From: Candidatus Babeliales bacterium
GTDB lineage: Bacteria > Babelota > Babeliae > Babelales > JANWKD01
Direction: 5' to 3'
Assembly: GCA_963722075.1 (NCBI GenBank)
Contig: CAVRJM010000001.1
Location: 800,001 to 864,000 of the forward strand
Length of the DNA: 64,000 bases
A program made the translations under genes and the position numbers. How positions within the stretch are numbered: the stretch's first letter is position 1; every line of letters starts with the position of its first letter. Below the pieces are notes generated by a model, which ran no database searches, had not been told where the DNA came from, and was given only the letters and a program-made list of their open reading frames with translations. Below are positions 31,833 through 41,352 of the stretch, piece by piece.

Positions 31833-33812
31833 ATGATGAAGAATAATAAAAATAAGATTTTTAAATTACATACGCCATTTGAACCTGCTGGTAGTCAGCC
31901 AGCAGCTATTGAGCAATTAACCAAAGGAAGGCCGGGAAAATCGACTTTAGTGGGCGTTACTGGATCGGGTAAGACCTTTACCCTAGCAAATGTAATTGCT
32001 AATCAAAATAAGCCGGTATTGATACTTTCCCCAAATAAAACATTAGCAGCACAGCTGTATGAGGAATTTTCCCTCTTTTTCCCTGAAAATAAGGTGTGTT
32101 ATTTTGTAAGTTATTATGATTATTATCAGCCAGAATCTTATTTGCCAGCGCAAGATATTTACGTACCCAAAGAAACAAAAGTAAATAGCGAAATTGAACG
32201 ATTACGGGTAGAAGCTGCCGCATCTATTATCAATCGCAAAGATACCATCGTTATCGCTTCGGTATCTGCTATTTATTCACTTGGTAACCCTGCGGATTAT
32301 CGCCATTTAACCTTGCCATTAAAAGTAGGTCAGACCATTTCACGCGCTGATCTTATTCATAAATTAATTTTCATTCAATACAAACGAAATGATTTTGAAA
32401 AAATGTCGGGTACCTTTTCGGTAATTGGCAATACCATTGAAATTAATTTGCCGTATCAAAAAGAAAAATTACGCATCGAACTATTTGGCGACATGATTGA
32501 ATCATTACAGTGGATTAACAAACAAAATAATGATGTATTAATGAATTTAGATAATACCCTTATTTTTCCTGCAAAACATTTTGTAACAACTGAAGAAAAA
32601 AAAGAAGCGGCTATTAGAAGCATTGAACAAGAAGTTGAAACCTGGGCTCCCAAACTTCCTAATCCATTATATCAAGAACGTATACGCCAACGCGTAGCGC
32701 ATGATATTGAAATGTTACATGAAGTAGGCTATTGCTCAGGCATTGAAAATTATTCAATTCATTTTGATGGGCGCTTACCCGGTCAAACACCGTATTCATT
32801 ATTTGATTATTTTAATGATGAATTTTTACTTATCCTTGATGAATCGCATATCGCGCTTCCGCAATTACGTGGCATGTATGCCGGGGATAAAGCACGAAAA
32901 CAATCGTTAATAGATTTTGGGTTTCGGTTGCCGAGCGCTGCCGATAACCGCCCGTTACAATTTGAAGAAATAGAAAAAAACTTTAATGATGTGATTTTTG
33001 TTTCAGCAACGCCAAGCCCCTATGAATTGCAAAACTCAGATCAGATAGTAGAACAGCTAATCCGCCCCACCGGCCTTGTTGATCCATTAATTGAAATTCA
33101 TCCGCGCACTAATCAAATTGAACACCTCATTAAACAAATAACAGAAACCAAAGAAAAAGGATTCCGATCACTAGTAATGGTGCTAACCAAAAAATTAGCT
33201 GAAGAATTAGCCCATTATCTTGAAGAGCGGCAGATTAAAGTTTGCTATTTGCATAGTGAAATTAAAACACCACAACGCAGTGAGCTGCTGCATAAACTTA
33301 GATTGGGTATTTTTGATGTGCTTGTGGGGGTAAACTTACTTCGTGAAGGGATTGATTTACCTGAAGTTGCATTGGTTGCCATAATGGATGGTGATGTAGA
33401 AAGCTTTTTACGGGATAAGCGGTCACTCATTCAGATCATTGGGCGTGCAGCGCGTAATAGCCAATCACAAGTTATTATCTATGCTGATAAAATGACCCAA
33501 TCATTGAAAAATACTATTGAAGAAACGCATCGGCGTCGCGAAATACAACAAGCATATAATCAAGAACATGGCATAACGCCAGCTACCGTAAAACGAGATG
33601 TCACTAAAAGTATTTCTAAGTTGCAAGAAGCAATCGCTTTAGCTTCAAAAGGTAATAAAACAGGTAAAACAAAAATTGTTACCATTGAAAATGCTTTAAA
33701 ACGGATAGAAGAGCTAGAAAAAGCTATGCATGAAGCTGCTGAGGAATTCAACTTTGAAAAAGCTATTGCCTTGCGCCAAGAATGGTTTGATTTGAAGAAA
33801 TTAGTGAAGTAA
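31833..33812 (+). CDS. uvrB: Excinuclease ABC subunit B
   Basis: GVTGSGKT, FVSYYDYYQPE, DESH, GFRLPSA, NLLREGIDLPEV, GRAARN, C-terminal UVR domain; exact start among nearby ATGs uncertain. Confidence 0.97.
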   Translation: MMKNNKNKIFKLHTPFEPAGSQPAAIEQLTKGRPGKSTLVGVTGSGKTFTLANVIANQNKPVLILSPNKTLAAQLYEEFSLFFPENKVCYFVSYYDYYQPESYLPAQDIYVPKETKVNSEIERLRVEAAASIINRKDTIVIASVSAIYSLGNPADYRHLTLPLKVGQTISRADLIHKLIFIQYKRNDFEKMSGTFSVIGNTIEINLPYQKEKLRIELFGDMIESLQWINKQNNDVLMNLDNTLIFPAKHFVTTEEKKEAAIRSIEQEVETWAPKLPNPLYQERIRQRVAHDIEMLHEVGYCSGIENYSIHFDGRLPGQTPYSLFDYFNDEFLLILDESHIALPQLRGMYAGDKARKQSLIDFGFRLPSAADNRPLQFEEIEKNFNDVIFVSATPSPYELQNSDQIVEQLIRPTGLVDPLIEIHPRTNQIEHLIKQITETKEKGFRSLVMVLTKKLAEELAHYLEERQIKVCYLHSEIKTPQRSELLHKLRLGIFDVLVGVNLLREGIDLPEVALVAIMDGDVESFLRDKRSLIQIIGRAARNSQSQVIIYADKMTQSLKNTIEETHRRREIQQAYNQEHGITPATVKRDVTKSISKLQEAIALASKGNKTGKTKIVTIENALKRIEELEKAMHEAAEEFNFEKAIALRQEWFDLKKLVK

Positions 33813-33813
33813 T

Positions 33814-34266
33814 TTATTCAGATGCTGCTAGTTCTTTGGCAAGTAATATAGATAGATTTTCATCTAACTCTTTATCATATTCTTTCCGTTTTTCAGTTAA
33901 CAACTCTCTTAATTTCATCAGTTCGTCCATTGTAATAGTTTTAAAATGTCCTTCCAATTTTCTACCAACAATCATATGCAATAGCAATTCTATTACGACA
34001 TCACTAAGCTTTTCATTTTGTTCTAATGGATTAAAAAAAGTGGTCTTTTTATAGTGCCTCAAAAAGTATTTTAAATGGCTTGAGGGACGGGCAGGATGAG
34101 ATCCCCCATAAGTCACATTATTGAGATCTTTTTTAATATCCGGCTCTAACCCCTCCAATTCACTTTTTTTCTTTAATGCGCCCTCGGTTAATGGCTTTTC
34201 CATTGTTTTTATTAAAGCAATAGAACCCAAAATAAACAGAAAGGCTATTTTTAACTTACTTTTCAT
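33814..34266 (-). CDS. Secreted hypothetical protein (signal + ME)
   Basis: MKSKLKIAFLFILGSIALIKT-MEKPL; GGAGG RBS. Confidence 0.7.
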   Translation of the reverse strand: MKSKLKIAFLFILGSIALIKTMEKPLTEGALKKKSELEGLEPDIKKDLNNVTYGGSHPARPSSHLKYFLRHYKKTTFFNPLEQNEKLSDVVIELLLHMIVGRKLEGHFKTITMDELMKLRELLTEKRKEYDKELDENLSILLAKELAASE

Positions 34267-34488
34267 TTTTCCTCCCTTTAAAGCAGGAATATTTTTCATT
34301 TCTATTTATTATCAGTATAACATTTCTATTTGTCAAAAAACCACAAATTTACCTACGTTTAGGTTAAAAACACTTAAAGCCGCAAAATTATCCCTATTTG
34401 ATAGTTGATTTTTATAAATTATTATTGACAATTTGAAAAATTAATATAAATTAATAGTATAATAACCTATTTTAAAAAAGAAGATATT

Positions 34489-36987
34489 ATGAAAAAAACC
34501 CTATTTTACTTACCAATTTTATTACTTTCAATAGCCTCAATCAAGGCTATGAAACACCCTCAAGAGACTATCAAACCCGATTACTTTTTTACCCTTGAAT
34601 TTTCTAATAATGAACAAGCAAAGTTCGCGCTTGATGTTTTAAGAACGTCAAAAACCTTTGAAACTTATTATCAAGAAGCGCTTAAACAAGGAGAAACTTC
34701 TATTCCTTTTAGGGAAATCAAAAAAAAAGATTTTATGGGCTTTATTTTTCCAATAATGGCAGCTCATTATAGTGATAGTGAAATCAAACTTAATAGAAAA
34801 ATCTTGAACGTACAAAAAATCCGACTCATTGATCGAAAACGTTTTAAGTGTATTAAACATGCGATTCGTTTTTTAGATTTCGGTGTCACCATTGCAATAC
34901 CAAAACAAGCACCTCAACCAATTGCACCGGTACAACGTCCACAAGAAAATAAAATAAAAAGAGTATATGATGCCTTACCCATACGTAAAGTAAAAACGCT
35001 TATCAATCTTGCAGCTAAGGTCGCGTTTTCTCATTGGCTAAAAACAGACCATCCAAAAAAACAACTTAGTATTTTACCAAGAGAATTAATTGCAAAATAT
35101 ATCGATAGGCCCCTCGATCCTACAAAACGTACTCCCATTTACTATGCAAAGGATATAGAAAAATTAGATCAATTAATACAGCTGGGAGCTGATTATCGTA
35201 CAGTTCACGATATCATTGACCATGATACCCCTACTAATTTTGCCGTTAAATTTATTCAATCAATAGCACCAACCTTAATTAATAAATTGAAAGAGCCTTT
35301 ACCTTCTGGCCAACCAGCACCAATAGATCAACCAGATCTCGCAGGAAATAATTATATAGACAATATTAGATTGCTTAGTAATTCATCTGTTCATACCAGT
35401 GCTCAGCGTAATGTAGATGGCAGGAATAAATTCTTTCTTAATTTTGAGAATCAAGACTTAAAAACCATTATTGCGCAATACAAAAAAGAAGGCTTAAATA
35501 TTAATCAACAAGATATATGGGGTAATACACCGCTTATCTTCGCATTAAAATGTTTACGTCCTACCGCTGCTCAAGAACTTATTTGTGCTGGCGCACAAGT
35601 TGATGCCATTGACAAAAATCAAAGAACGGCACTTATGTATGCGATCATGCTCAGATACAATTCATTAATGCCATTGTTAATGCCATCTAAGCTGTCAAAA
35701 CGTGAATCATATTTGTTACTAGTAAAAAGAGATAACACCAACAAAAATATTTTAGACCTTGCCCTTGAATATAATATTGATGCATTAGCTTATCTTTTTA
35801 CACACTATAATTTTCCTCCTGAATTTTTAAATATCATTTTTAGAAAAGCTATTAAATATAATCAAAAAGCAGTCAATTTTTTAATTGAATCAGGCGCAGA
35901 TATTAATACCAAAACGTGCTATAGAAAAACAAGTCGCACCTATGCAAATAACGGTAAAACACCGCTTATAATAGCAGCATCAAGCGGGAATGCAGATCCG
36001 GAACTAATAAAAAAATTACTTAACGAAGGTGCTAACCCTAATATAGTGTATGAAAACGCAAGAAAACAACACACAGCGCTTAGTTTTGCTATCACTGCCG
36101 AAAATAACCATATTATTCCAACATTAATTGAAGGCGGAGCTAATATTAATCAACGCTTGCCTAACGGTGATTATATAATACATTTTGCCGCATGCTTTAA
36201 CCCAAGCGCTCTAGAACATTTACTTAACTCGCAAAATCAATCATTAAATATTAATGTACAATCACCAACCGGCTTTACCGCATTAATGTTTTTAATCGAT
36301 TTCCATACCGGTGATATAGAAATATTAAAACAGCTATTAAAAGCGGGTCCTAATTTAGAATTAAAAAACTCTTCAGGCGAAACTGCTCTTAATATGGCAG
36401 CAAGCAGATATATAACATCAACTAATAAATCACATGCTAACAGTAGTTATTTAACATTTCTGTTGAAAGCTGGTGCTGAATGTAATACTCAGGATAATTC
36501 TGGTAATACACCACTTATGAATCTATGTACTATATTTAGCACTAATCCAAATATCCATCCTGCTTACCAATATGATAGTGAAAGTACTATTGATGCCATG
36601 AAGTTGTTAATTCAAGCTGAAGCTGCTATTAATACGCTCAATAATAAACAAGAAACTGTATTACATCTGGCATTAGCTTTTGCCCAACCACGTATTATTG
36701 AATTTCTTTTAAGCAATAAGATCGATTGTAATCGGCAAAATGATGATGGTAATACTGCATTAATGCGCGCATTACAGAAATATATAAATCCTTTACCAGA
36801 ACATCTTAAACATCTTTCTCATATACATGAAAAACCAGTTGACCAAGTAGTTCAAGATTTACAACAGCAATACAAAGAGATTGTAAAATTGCTATGGCAC
36901 CAAACTGATCGCTCACTTATTAATAATGATAATGAAACAGCTGAAGATCTAGCACGAAGAGCACAGCTTAATCCTGCTGATTTTTAA
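34489..36987 (+). CDS. Secreted ankyrin-repeat protein with Skp1-like and SOCS-box-like N-terminal modules
   Basis: About 10 or more ankyrin repeats (GNTPLIFA, GKTPLIIAA, GETALNMA, GNTALMRA); KTLINLAAKV...LSILPRELIAKYI. Confidence 0.88.
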   Translation: MKKTLFYLPILLLSIASIKAMKHPQETIKPDYFFTLEFSNNEQAKFALDVLRTSKTFETYYQEALKQGETSIPFREIKKKDFMGFIFPIMAAHYSDSEIKLNRKILNVQKIRLIDRKRFKCIKHAIRFLDFGVTIAIPKQAPQPIAPVQRPQENKIKRVYDALPIRKVKTLINLAAKVAFSHWLKTDHPKKQLSILPRELIAKYIDRPLDPTKRTPIYYAKDIEKLDQLIQLGADYRTVHDIIDHDTPTNFAVKFIQSIAPTLINKLKEPLPSGQPAPIDQPDLAGNNYIDNIRLLSNSSVHTSAQRNVDGRNKFFLNFENQDLKTIIAQYKKEGLNINQQDIWGNTPLIFALKCLRPTAAQELICAGAQVDAIDKNQRTALMYAIMLRYNSLMPLLMPSKLSKRESYLLLVKRDNTNKNILDLALEYNIDALAYLFTHYNFPPEFLNIIFRKAIKYNQKAVNFLIESGADINTKTCYRKTSRTYANNGKTPLIIAASSGNADPELIKKLLNEGANPNIVYENARKQHTALSFAITAENNHIIPTLIEGGANINQRLPNGDYIIHFAACFNPSALEHLLNSQNQSLNINVQSPTGFTALMFLIDFHTGDIEILKQLLKAGPNLELKNSSGETALNMAASRYITSTNKSHANSSYLTFLLKAGAECNTQDNSGNTPLMNLCTIFSTNPNIHPAYQYDSESTIDAMKLLIQAEAAINTLNNKQETVLHLALAFAQPRIIEFLLSNKIDCNRQNDDGNTALMRALQKYINPLPEHLKHLSHIHEKPVDQVVQDLQQQYKEIVKLLWHQTDRSLINNDNETAEDLARRAQLNPADF

Positions 36988-37191
36988 GATAAGGAAGTTA
37001 AAATGAATTTTATAAGAATCAGTTGGACAAGTTGCCTTATATTACTTGTGAATAATAGTATTTTTGCCATCAGGAAAAACAACGAATTAAACAAATTGTT
37101 GCATTATTATATGGGATAAAACTGACAGTACATTAGTCAATAACGCAGACCAAACAATGGAACAATTGCTGCAAGCAAAAAATATTACAAT

Positions 37192-37542
37192 TTAATGAAC
37201 ATTTTGTAATTGAGAAAGTTCTTGATTTAAGAAATATGTAAGAATCGTGCGAATAATTACCAATGCACCAAGCATACCAATATCATAAAAGTTAGGGGCT
37301 ATAATTGTTTTAATGATGTCAGCAGCCAGTAAAAACTCTACTGATAATACAATATAACGTCCTAAATCTAAGCGCATTTGATCGATTCCCACTAACGAAG
37401 ATCTATGAATGATACCAAGGCTATAACGAACTATTGCATGAACCACGCCGATAACAATAATACAAACACCAATAAGATCGAGAATATTCATGATGTTTTT
37501 TAATAACCAAAGGATCGAAACATTTGAAATGAGATCGTACAT
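37192..37542 (-). CDS. DUF1622 family membrane protein
   Basis: RLDLGRYIVLSVEFLLAADIIKTI...IIRTILTYFLNQE. Confidence 0.85.
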   Translation of the reverse strand: MYDLISNVSILWLLKNIMNILDLIGVCIIVIGVVHAIVRYSLGIIHRSSLVGIDQMRLDLGRYIVLSVEFLLAADIIKTIIAPNFYDIGMLGALVIIRTILTYFLNQELSQLQNVH

Positions 37543-37572
37543 AACTATTTTCCTTAATTTTCATAAAATTCT

Positions 37573-37665
37573 GTCATCCAGAGCGAAGCGTCGGGATCCA
37601 GTAAATAAATAAGAAGTCTTTATTTTTATAACTGGATTCTTACCGCCTAAAGGCCTCAGAATGAC
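37573..37665. repeat. Inverted REP pair with conserved AT-rich spacer (empty version of 50942-51101)
   Basis: gtcatccagag...cgggatccag, spacer taaataaataagaagtctttatttttataa, ctggattctt...ctcagaatgac. Confidence 0.85.
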
Positions 37666-37818
37666 ATTTGAATCAATACAACAATAGGTATCAAATCCAT
37701 GCTGATTAAAGTGTACTGAGCTTATTCGTTACTTATCAACAATTTGAAACCCAATCCCAAACACATGTACTAGAATTTAGGAATAAAATGAGTTATTCTG
37801 CATGGATTAATTTTATTA

Positions 37819-37984
37819 ATGGATGGCCATCCGTTTTCGTTAATCCAGCTATCGCTAAAAAAGCTATGGCGGAGTAAACAACTACGCCGGGAAGAGCGCA
37901 TGGCCGCCTTAGCCCTTGGGCGGCGGCGGATTGCCATGACCATTTTGTTTTCGATTGCCATCCCGAGTTTACGTGGGGATCCAT
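37819..37984. repeat. REP pair; first unit carries level-2 and level-3 nested inserts
   Basis: atggatggcc[atccgttttcgttaa[36 bp]aactacgccgg...ggcggcggat]tgccatgac, then gccatcccgagtttacgtggggatccat. Confidence 0.8.
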
Positions 37985-38042
37985 TAGTTAATAACTCCTT
38001 TATTAATTTTTAAGAACTATATTTTCGGCAACTATATCCCAT

Positions 38043-38071
38043 TTGACAAAATATCGGCATTACTATAGACT
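38043..38071 (+). promoter_or_regulatory. Sigma70-like promoter
   Basis: TTGACA-17 bp-TAGACT upstream of 38118. Confidence 0.55.
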
Positions 38072-38117
38072 ATTAATAATTCAAATTGAATAAAATAAGG
38101 TTATAAAGGAATACTCA

Positions 38118-38537
38118 ATGCGCATATATATTGCTATCATAACATTTTTAATCCCAGCATTTTTAAATGCTTCTCCAATACATCACCCCAAAGTTACCCA
38201 TTTTGAATGGGGCAAAATAGTTGTTGATTCAACTACATATAAAGATTGCAGATTATGGCCAAACCATCATGAAGCATGGAATTGGGATAAAACTAATACG
38301 CGTCATGTGCCAGGAATTCAAATAGCAGATCTTTCTGATTTTGTTAATGAAATAGATATTATCATTCTTTCTCAAGGCGTTGACGGAATTCTGAAAATAA
38401 AACCTGAAACTATTGAATATCTTAAAAAGCAAAATAAAGAAATTCATATTGCACGAACACCACAAGCAATTGAATTATATAATAAACTATCAACAGAAAA
38501 TAAACGGGTCGGAGCTTTATTGCATTCAACTTGTTAA
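38118..38537 (+). CDS. Mth938-like (DUF498/AAMDC) protein with signal peptide
   Basis: WNWDKTNTRHVPGIQ, TPQAIELYN, LLHSTC C-terminus. Confidence 0.85.
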   Translation: MRIYIAIITFLIPAFLNASPIHHPKVTHFEWGKIVVDSTTYKDCRLWPNHHEAWNWDKTNTRHVPGIQIADLSDFVNEIDIIILSQGVDGILKIKPETIEYLKKQNKEIHIARTPQAIELYNKLSTENKRVGALLHSTC

Positions 38538-38643
38538 AATTAATAGGCCATGAAATTTAATCAAAAAATACGCTACGCTCAGCATGATATTTGTCAGTAA
38601 TTTTCAAAGATATTGATATATTAACCATTAAAGGAAAAAATTA

Positions 38644-40731
38644 ATGAATCCGAGTAAAATGGGCATTATTAGTGCTTTAACTCTTGTTCCGGTATTATTA
38701 TTATGCACGTATTTAAAATCACCTAAAAAAGAAGATTTTATTATGATAAAAACCGTTACTTCACTTAATGAATTAAAAAAATTATTCCCGACCACTCCTA
38801 GCCAGCTGGTTTCATTAGCACAACATGCAATTAAAGAAGCGCATCAGAATGTAGATACTATTATGGCAATCCCTTTGGAACAGCGCACCTTTGATAATAC
38901 CATAGCTGCTTATGATAAAACTGTAACTATTTTCAGCCAAGCGCGCGCATTAATAGAATTATTTACCTTAGTACATCCTGATGAACAAATGCGAACTATC
39001 GGTCAAGAACAATTAATCAGTTTACAAAATGAAGCGGTCGACCTTTTTGCTCAAAACAAAAATTTGTATACCATGCTTAATGATTATAACATCCATAATG
39101 CTCCGCAAGAAAATTTAAGCAAAAAACAAAAATACTTCTTAGAAGAAACATTAAAAGATTATGAACGATATGGGTTAAATCGTGATAACCAAACTCGCAA
39201 TAAAATAGCAGCACTCCGCAAAGAGCTCTCGGAATTTGAATTGGCTTTTGATAAAAATATCTATAGCGATAATCGTACCGTTGCCGTCCATAAAGATGAA
39301 TTAACTGATTTAGATGATGATTTTATTGCGCAATTAAAACAAAATGAAGAAGGATTATACCTTCTAGGCGTTGATTATCCCACCTATCATAAGGTTATGG
39401 ATTTCTGTTCTAATAACCACACCCGTAAAAAATTATACGATGCTTTTAATAAACGTGCATACCCAGCAAATTGTTCAGTGCTTTCTACGGTAATTGAAAA
39501 ACGCCATAAATTGGCTGAGCTTCTTGGGTTTAATAGCTTTGCCCATTTAGCGTTACAAGACCAAATGGTTAAAAATCCTGAACGCGTTGAAGAATTTCTT
39601 ACTAATCTCGTTGAAAAAACAGTTGCAAAAGAACAACTAGAGTTCGAGCGGTTAATTAAAAATCTGCCCGCATCAGTTCGACTTTCTCCCGAAGGCAAAT
39701 TGTATCCATGGGATCGATCATATGTAGTGCAACACTATAAAAAAAATAATTTTAACATCGACGAAAATAAGATCAGCCATTATTTTCCAATGGATAATAC
39801 TATTAAAGAATTGCTTGCCATTTATGAGCAGTTTCTTGATCTTGAATTTAAAGAAGAAGCAATCGATAGCCTATGGCATCCTGAAGTAAAATTAATCACG
39901 GTGTACCAAAATAAACAATTACAAGGGTACTTATTATTAGATCTTCATCCACGTGCACATAAATATAATCATGCATGTCATACCACTATTATTCCGGCAC
40001 TTAAAACCAACGAAGGAATCCGTCCTGCTGTTTCAGTAGTGATAGCAAACTTCCCGCACGCTATTGCAGGTCAACCGGCATTATTAAAACGAGATGACGT
40101 AAATACCTTCTTCCATGAATTTGGCCATGCCCTTCATGCATTATTGGGCGCAACTAAGCTTGGATCTTTTTCTGGAACTCGGGTAAAAACAGATTTTGTT
40201 GAGATGCCTTCTCAAATGCTTGAAGAATGGTTATGGGACCCTGCTATCTTAAAACAAATCAGCAAACATTATAAAACGGGTGAGCAGTTACCTGATGAAA
40301 CAATTAATACGTTAATTGAACTAAAAAATCTTACCAGCGCTGGCGACATACAACGCCAATTAGTATTTGCCTTAGTTTCACTTAATTATTTTAAAGAAGG
40401 TGCGCAAAAAGATATTTATGCCATCTTCAAGAAATTTTATGAACAAATTAGAAAGAATGATCTGTTTTATGATGATTGCCATTTCTATACGGCATTCGGT
40501 CATTTAATGGGCTACGATGCAAAATATTATAGTTATTTATGGTCAAAAGTATTTGCCTTAGATCTTTTTGAACATATTAAATCATTCGGGCTTTTAAATA
40601 CTGATATTGGTACTCGTTATAAAAATACTATTCTTGCAAAAGGTGGCAGCAAAGATCCTGATGAACTCCTGTATGATTTCTTAGGACGCGCACCTACCAC
40701 TGATGCTTTTATGAGAAGCCTTGGATTGTGA
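38644..40731 (+). CDS. M3 family metallopeptidase (thimet oligopeptidase/PrlC-like)
   Basis: FHEFGHALH, DFVEMPSQMLEEW, GYDAKYYSYLWS. Confidence 0.93.
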   Translation: MNPSKMGIISALTLVPVLLLCTYLKSPKKEDFIMIKTVTSLNELKKLFPTTPSQLVSLAQHAIKEAHQNVDTIMAIPLEQRTFDNTIAAYDKTVTIFSQARALIELFTLVHPDEQMRTIGQEQLISLQNEAVDLFAQNKNLYTMLNDYNIHNAPQENLSKKQKYFLEETLKDYERYGLNRDNQTRNKIAALRKELSEFELAFDKNIYSDNRTVAVHKDELTDLDDDFIAQLKQNEEGLYLLGVDYPTYHKVMDFCSNNHTRKKLYDAFNKRAYPANCSVLSTVIEKRHKLAELLGFNSFAHLALQDQMVKNPERVEEFLTNLVEKTVAKEQLEFERLIKNLPASVRLSPEGKLYPWDRSYVVQHYKKNNFNIDENKISHYFPMDNTIKELLAIYEQFLDLEFKEEAIDSLWHPEVKLITVYQNKQLQGYLLLDLHPRAHKYNHACHTTIIPALKTNEGIRPAVSVVIANFPHAIAGQPALLKRDDVNTFFHEFGHALHALLGATKLGSFSGTRVKTDFVEMPSQMLEEWLWDPAILKQISKHYKTGEQLPDETINTLIELKNLTSAGDIQRQLVFALVSLNYFKEGAQKDIYAIFKKFYEQIRKNDLFYDDCHFYTAFGHLMGYDAKYYSYLWSKVFALDLFEHIKSFGLLNTDIGTRYKNTILAKGGSKDPDELLYDFLGRAPTTDAFMRSLGL

Positions 40732-40737
40732 CGGATA

Positions 40738-40871
40738 CGTCATCACGATCCGCCGCCGCCAAGGCTATGGCGGGATTTCGTCAACTTAACAAGCCTGTCC
40801 CGTCGAAGTTATTTACTCCGCCGTAGTTTTTTTAACCAATGCTGGATTAACGAAGACGGATGGTGATCCAG
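40738..40871. repeat. REP hairpin with level-2 and level-3 nested inserts (reverse orientation)
   Basis: cgtcatcacga[...gaagtt[atttactccgcc...gctgga]ttaacgaagacgga]tggtgatccag. Confidence 0.85.
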
Positions 40872-40890
40872 TCATAAAATGACATAAGTT

Positions 40891-40930
40891 AAAAGGGGCA
40901 TTATGAGAAAAACTCATAATGCCCCTTTTT
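40891..40930. terminator. Bidirectional intrinsic terminator
   Basis: Perfect 17-bp inverted repeat aaaaggggcattatgag-aaaaa-ctcataatgcccctttt between convergent genes. Confidence 0.9.
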
Positions 40931-40934
40931 CATT

Positions 40935-41339
40935 TTATAATGCTTGTGGTCCTGATGCCTGAGGGGCACCTGCTGTTGGAGCGCCTTCAGGGAGTATGCC
41001 CAATCTATGTTGTAAACGCAACACCATTTCTGCTAATTGATTAAGTACTCTACCTTGTACTTGCGCAATTTCAAGTAACGTATTGATTTCTTGTACACTA
41101 CCAATAGGCACTTGATTAATTCGTTGCAATTCTCGTTCCATTGCTCCTAATTCAACGCCATTAGTTGCTGCTCCACCTGCCTGTTTTTGAAGCATGTATA
41201 CTTTTTCTGTTAATGTTTTAAGCGCTTGCCCTTGCGAAGTAATATCATCACGTATCGCTTGCAATCTGCTCGCATCGGCAGCATACACCGATGATACAGT
41301 AGCAATCATTAAAACTAGTATATATTTTATTAACTTCAT
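40935..41339 (-). CDS. Secreted coiled-coil protein
   Basis: Signal ending VYA; two heptad segments. Confidence 0.75.
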   Translation of the reverse strand: MKLIKYILVLMIATVSSVYAADASRLQAIRDDITSQGQALKTLTEKVYMLQKQAGGAATNGVELGAMERELQRINQVPIGSVQEINTLLEIAQVQGRVLNQLAEMVLRLQHRLGILPEGAPTAGAPQASGPQAL

Positions 41340-41352
41340 AATTCTTCTCCTT

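Noticed and set aside
37770..38013. Three overlapping 63-64 aa ORFs
   Set aside because: By-products of the GC-rich nested REP element.
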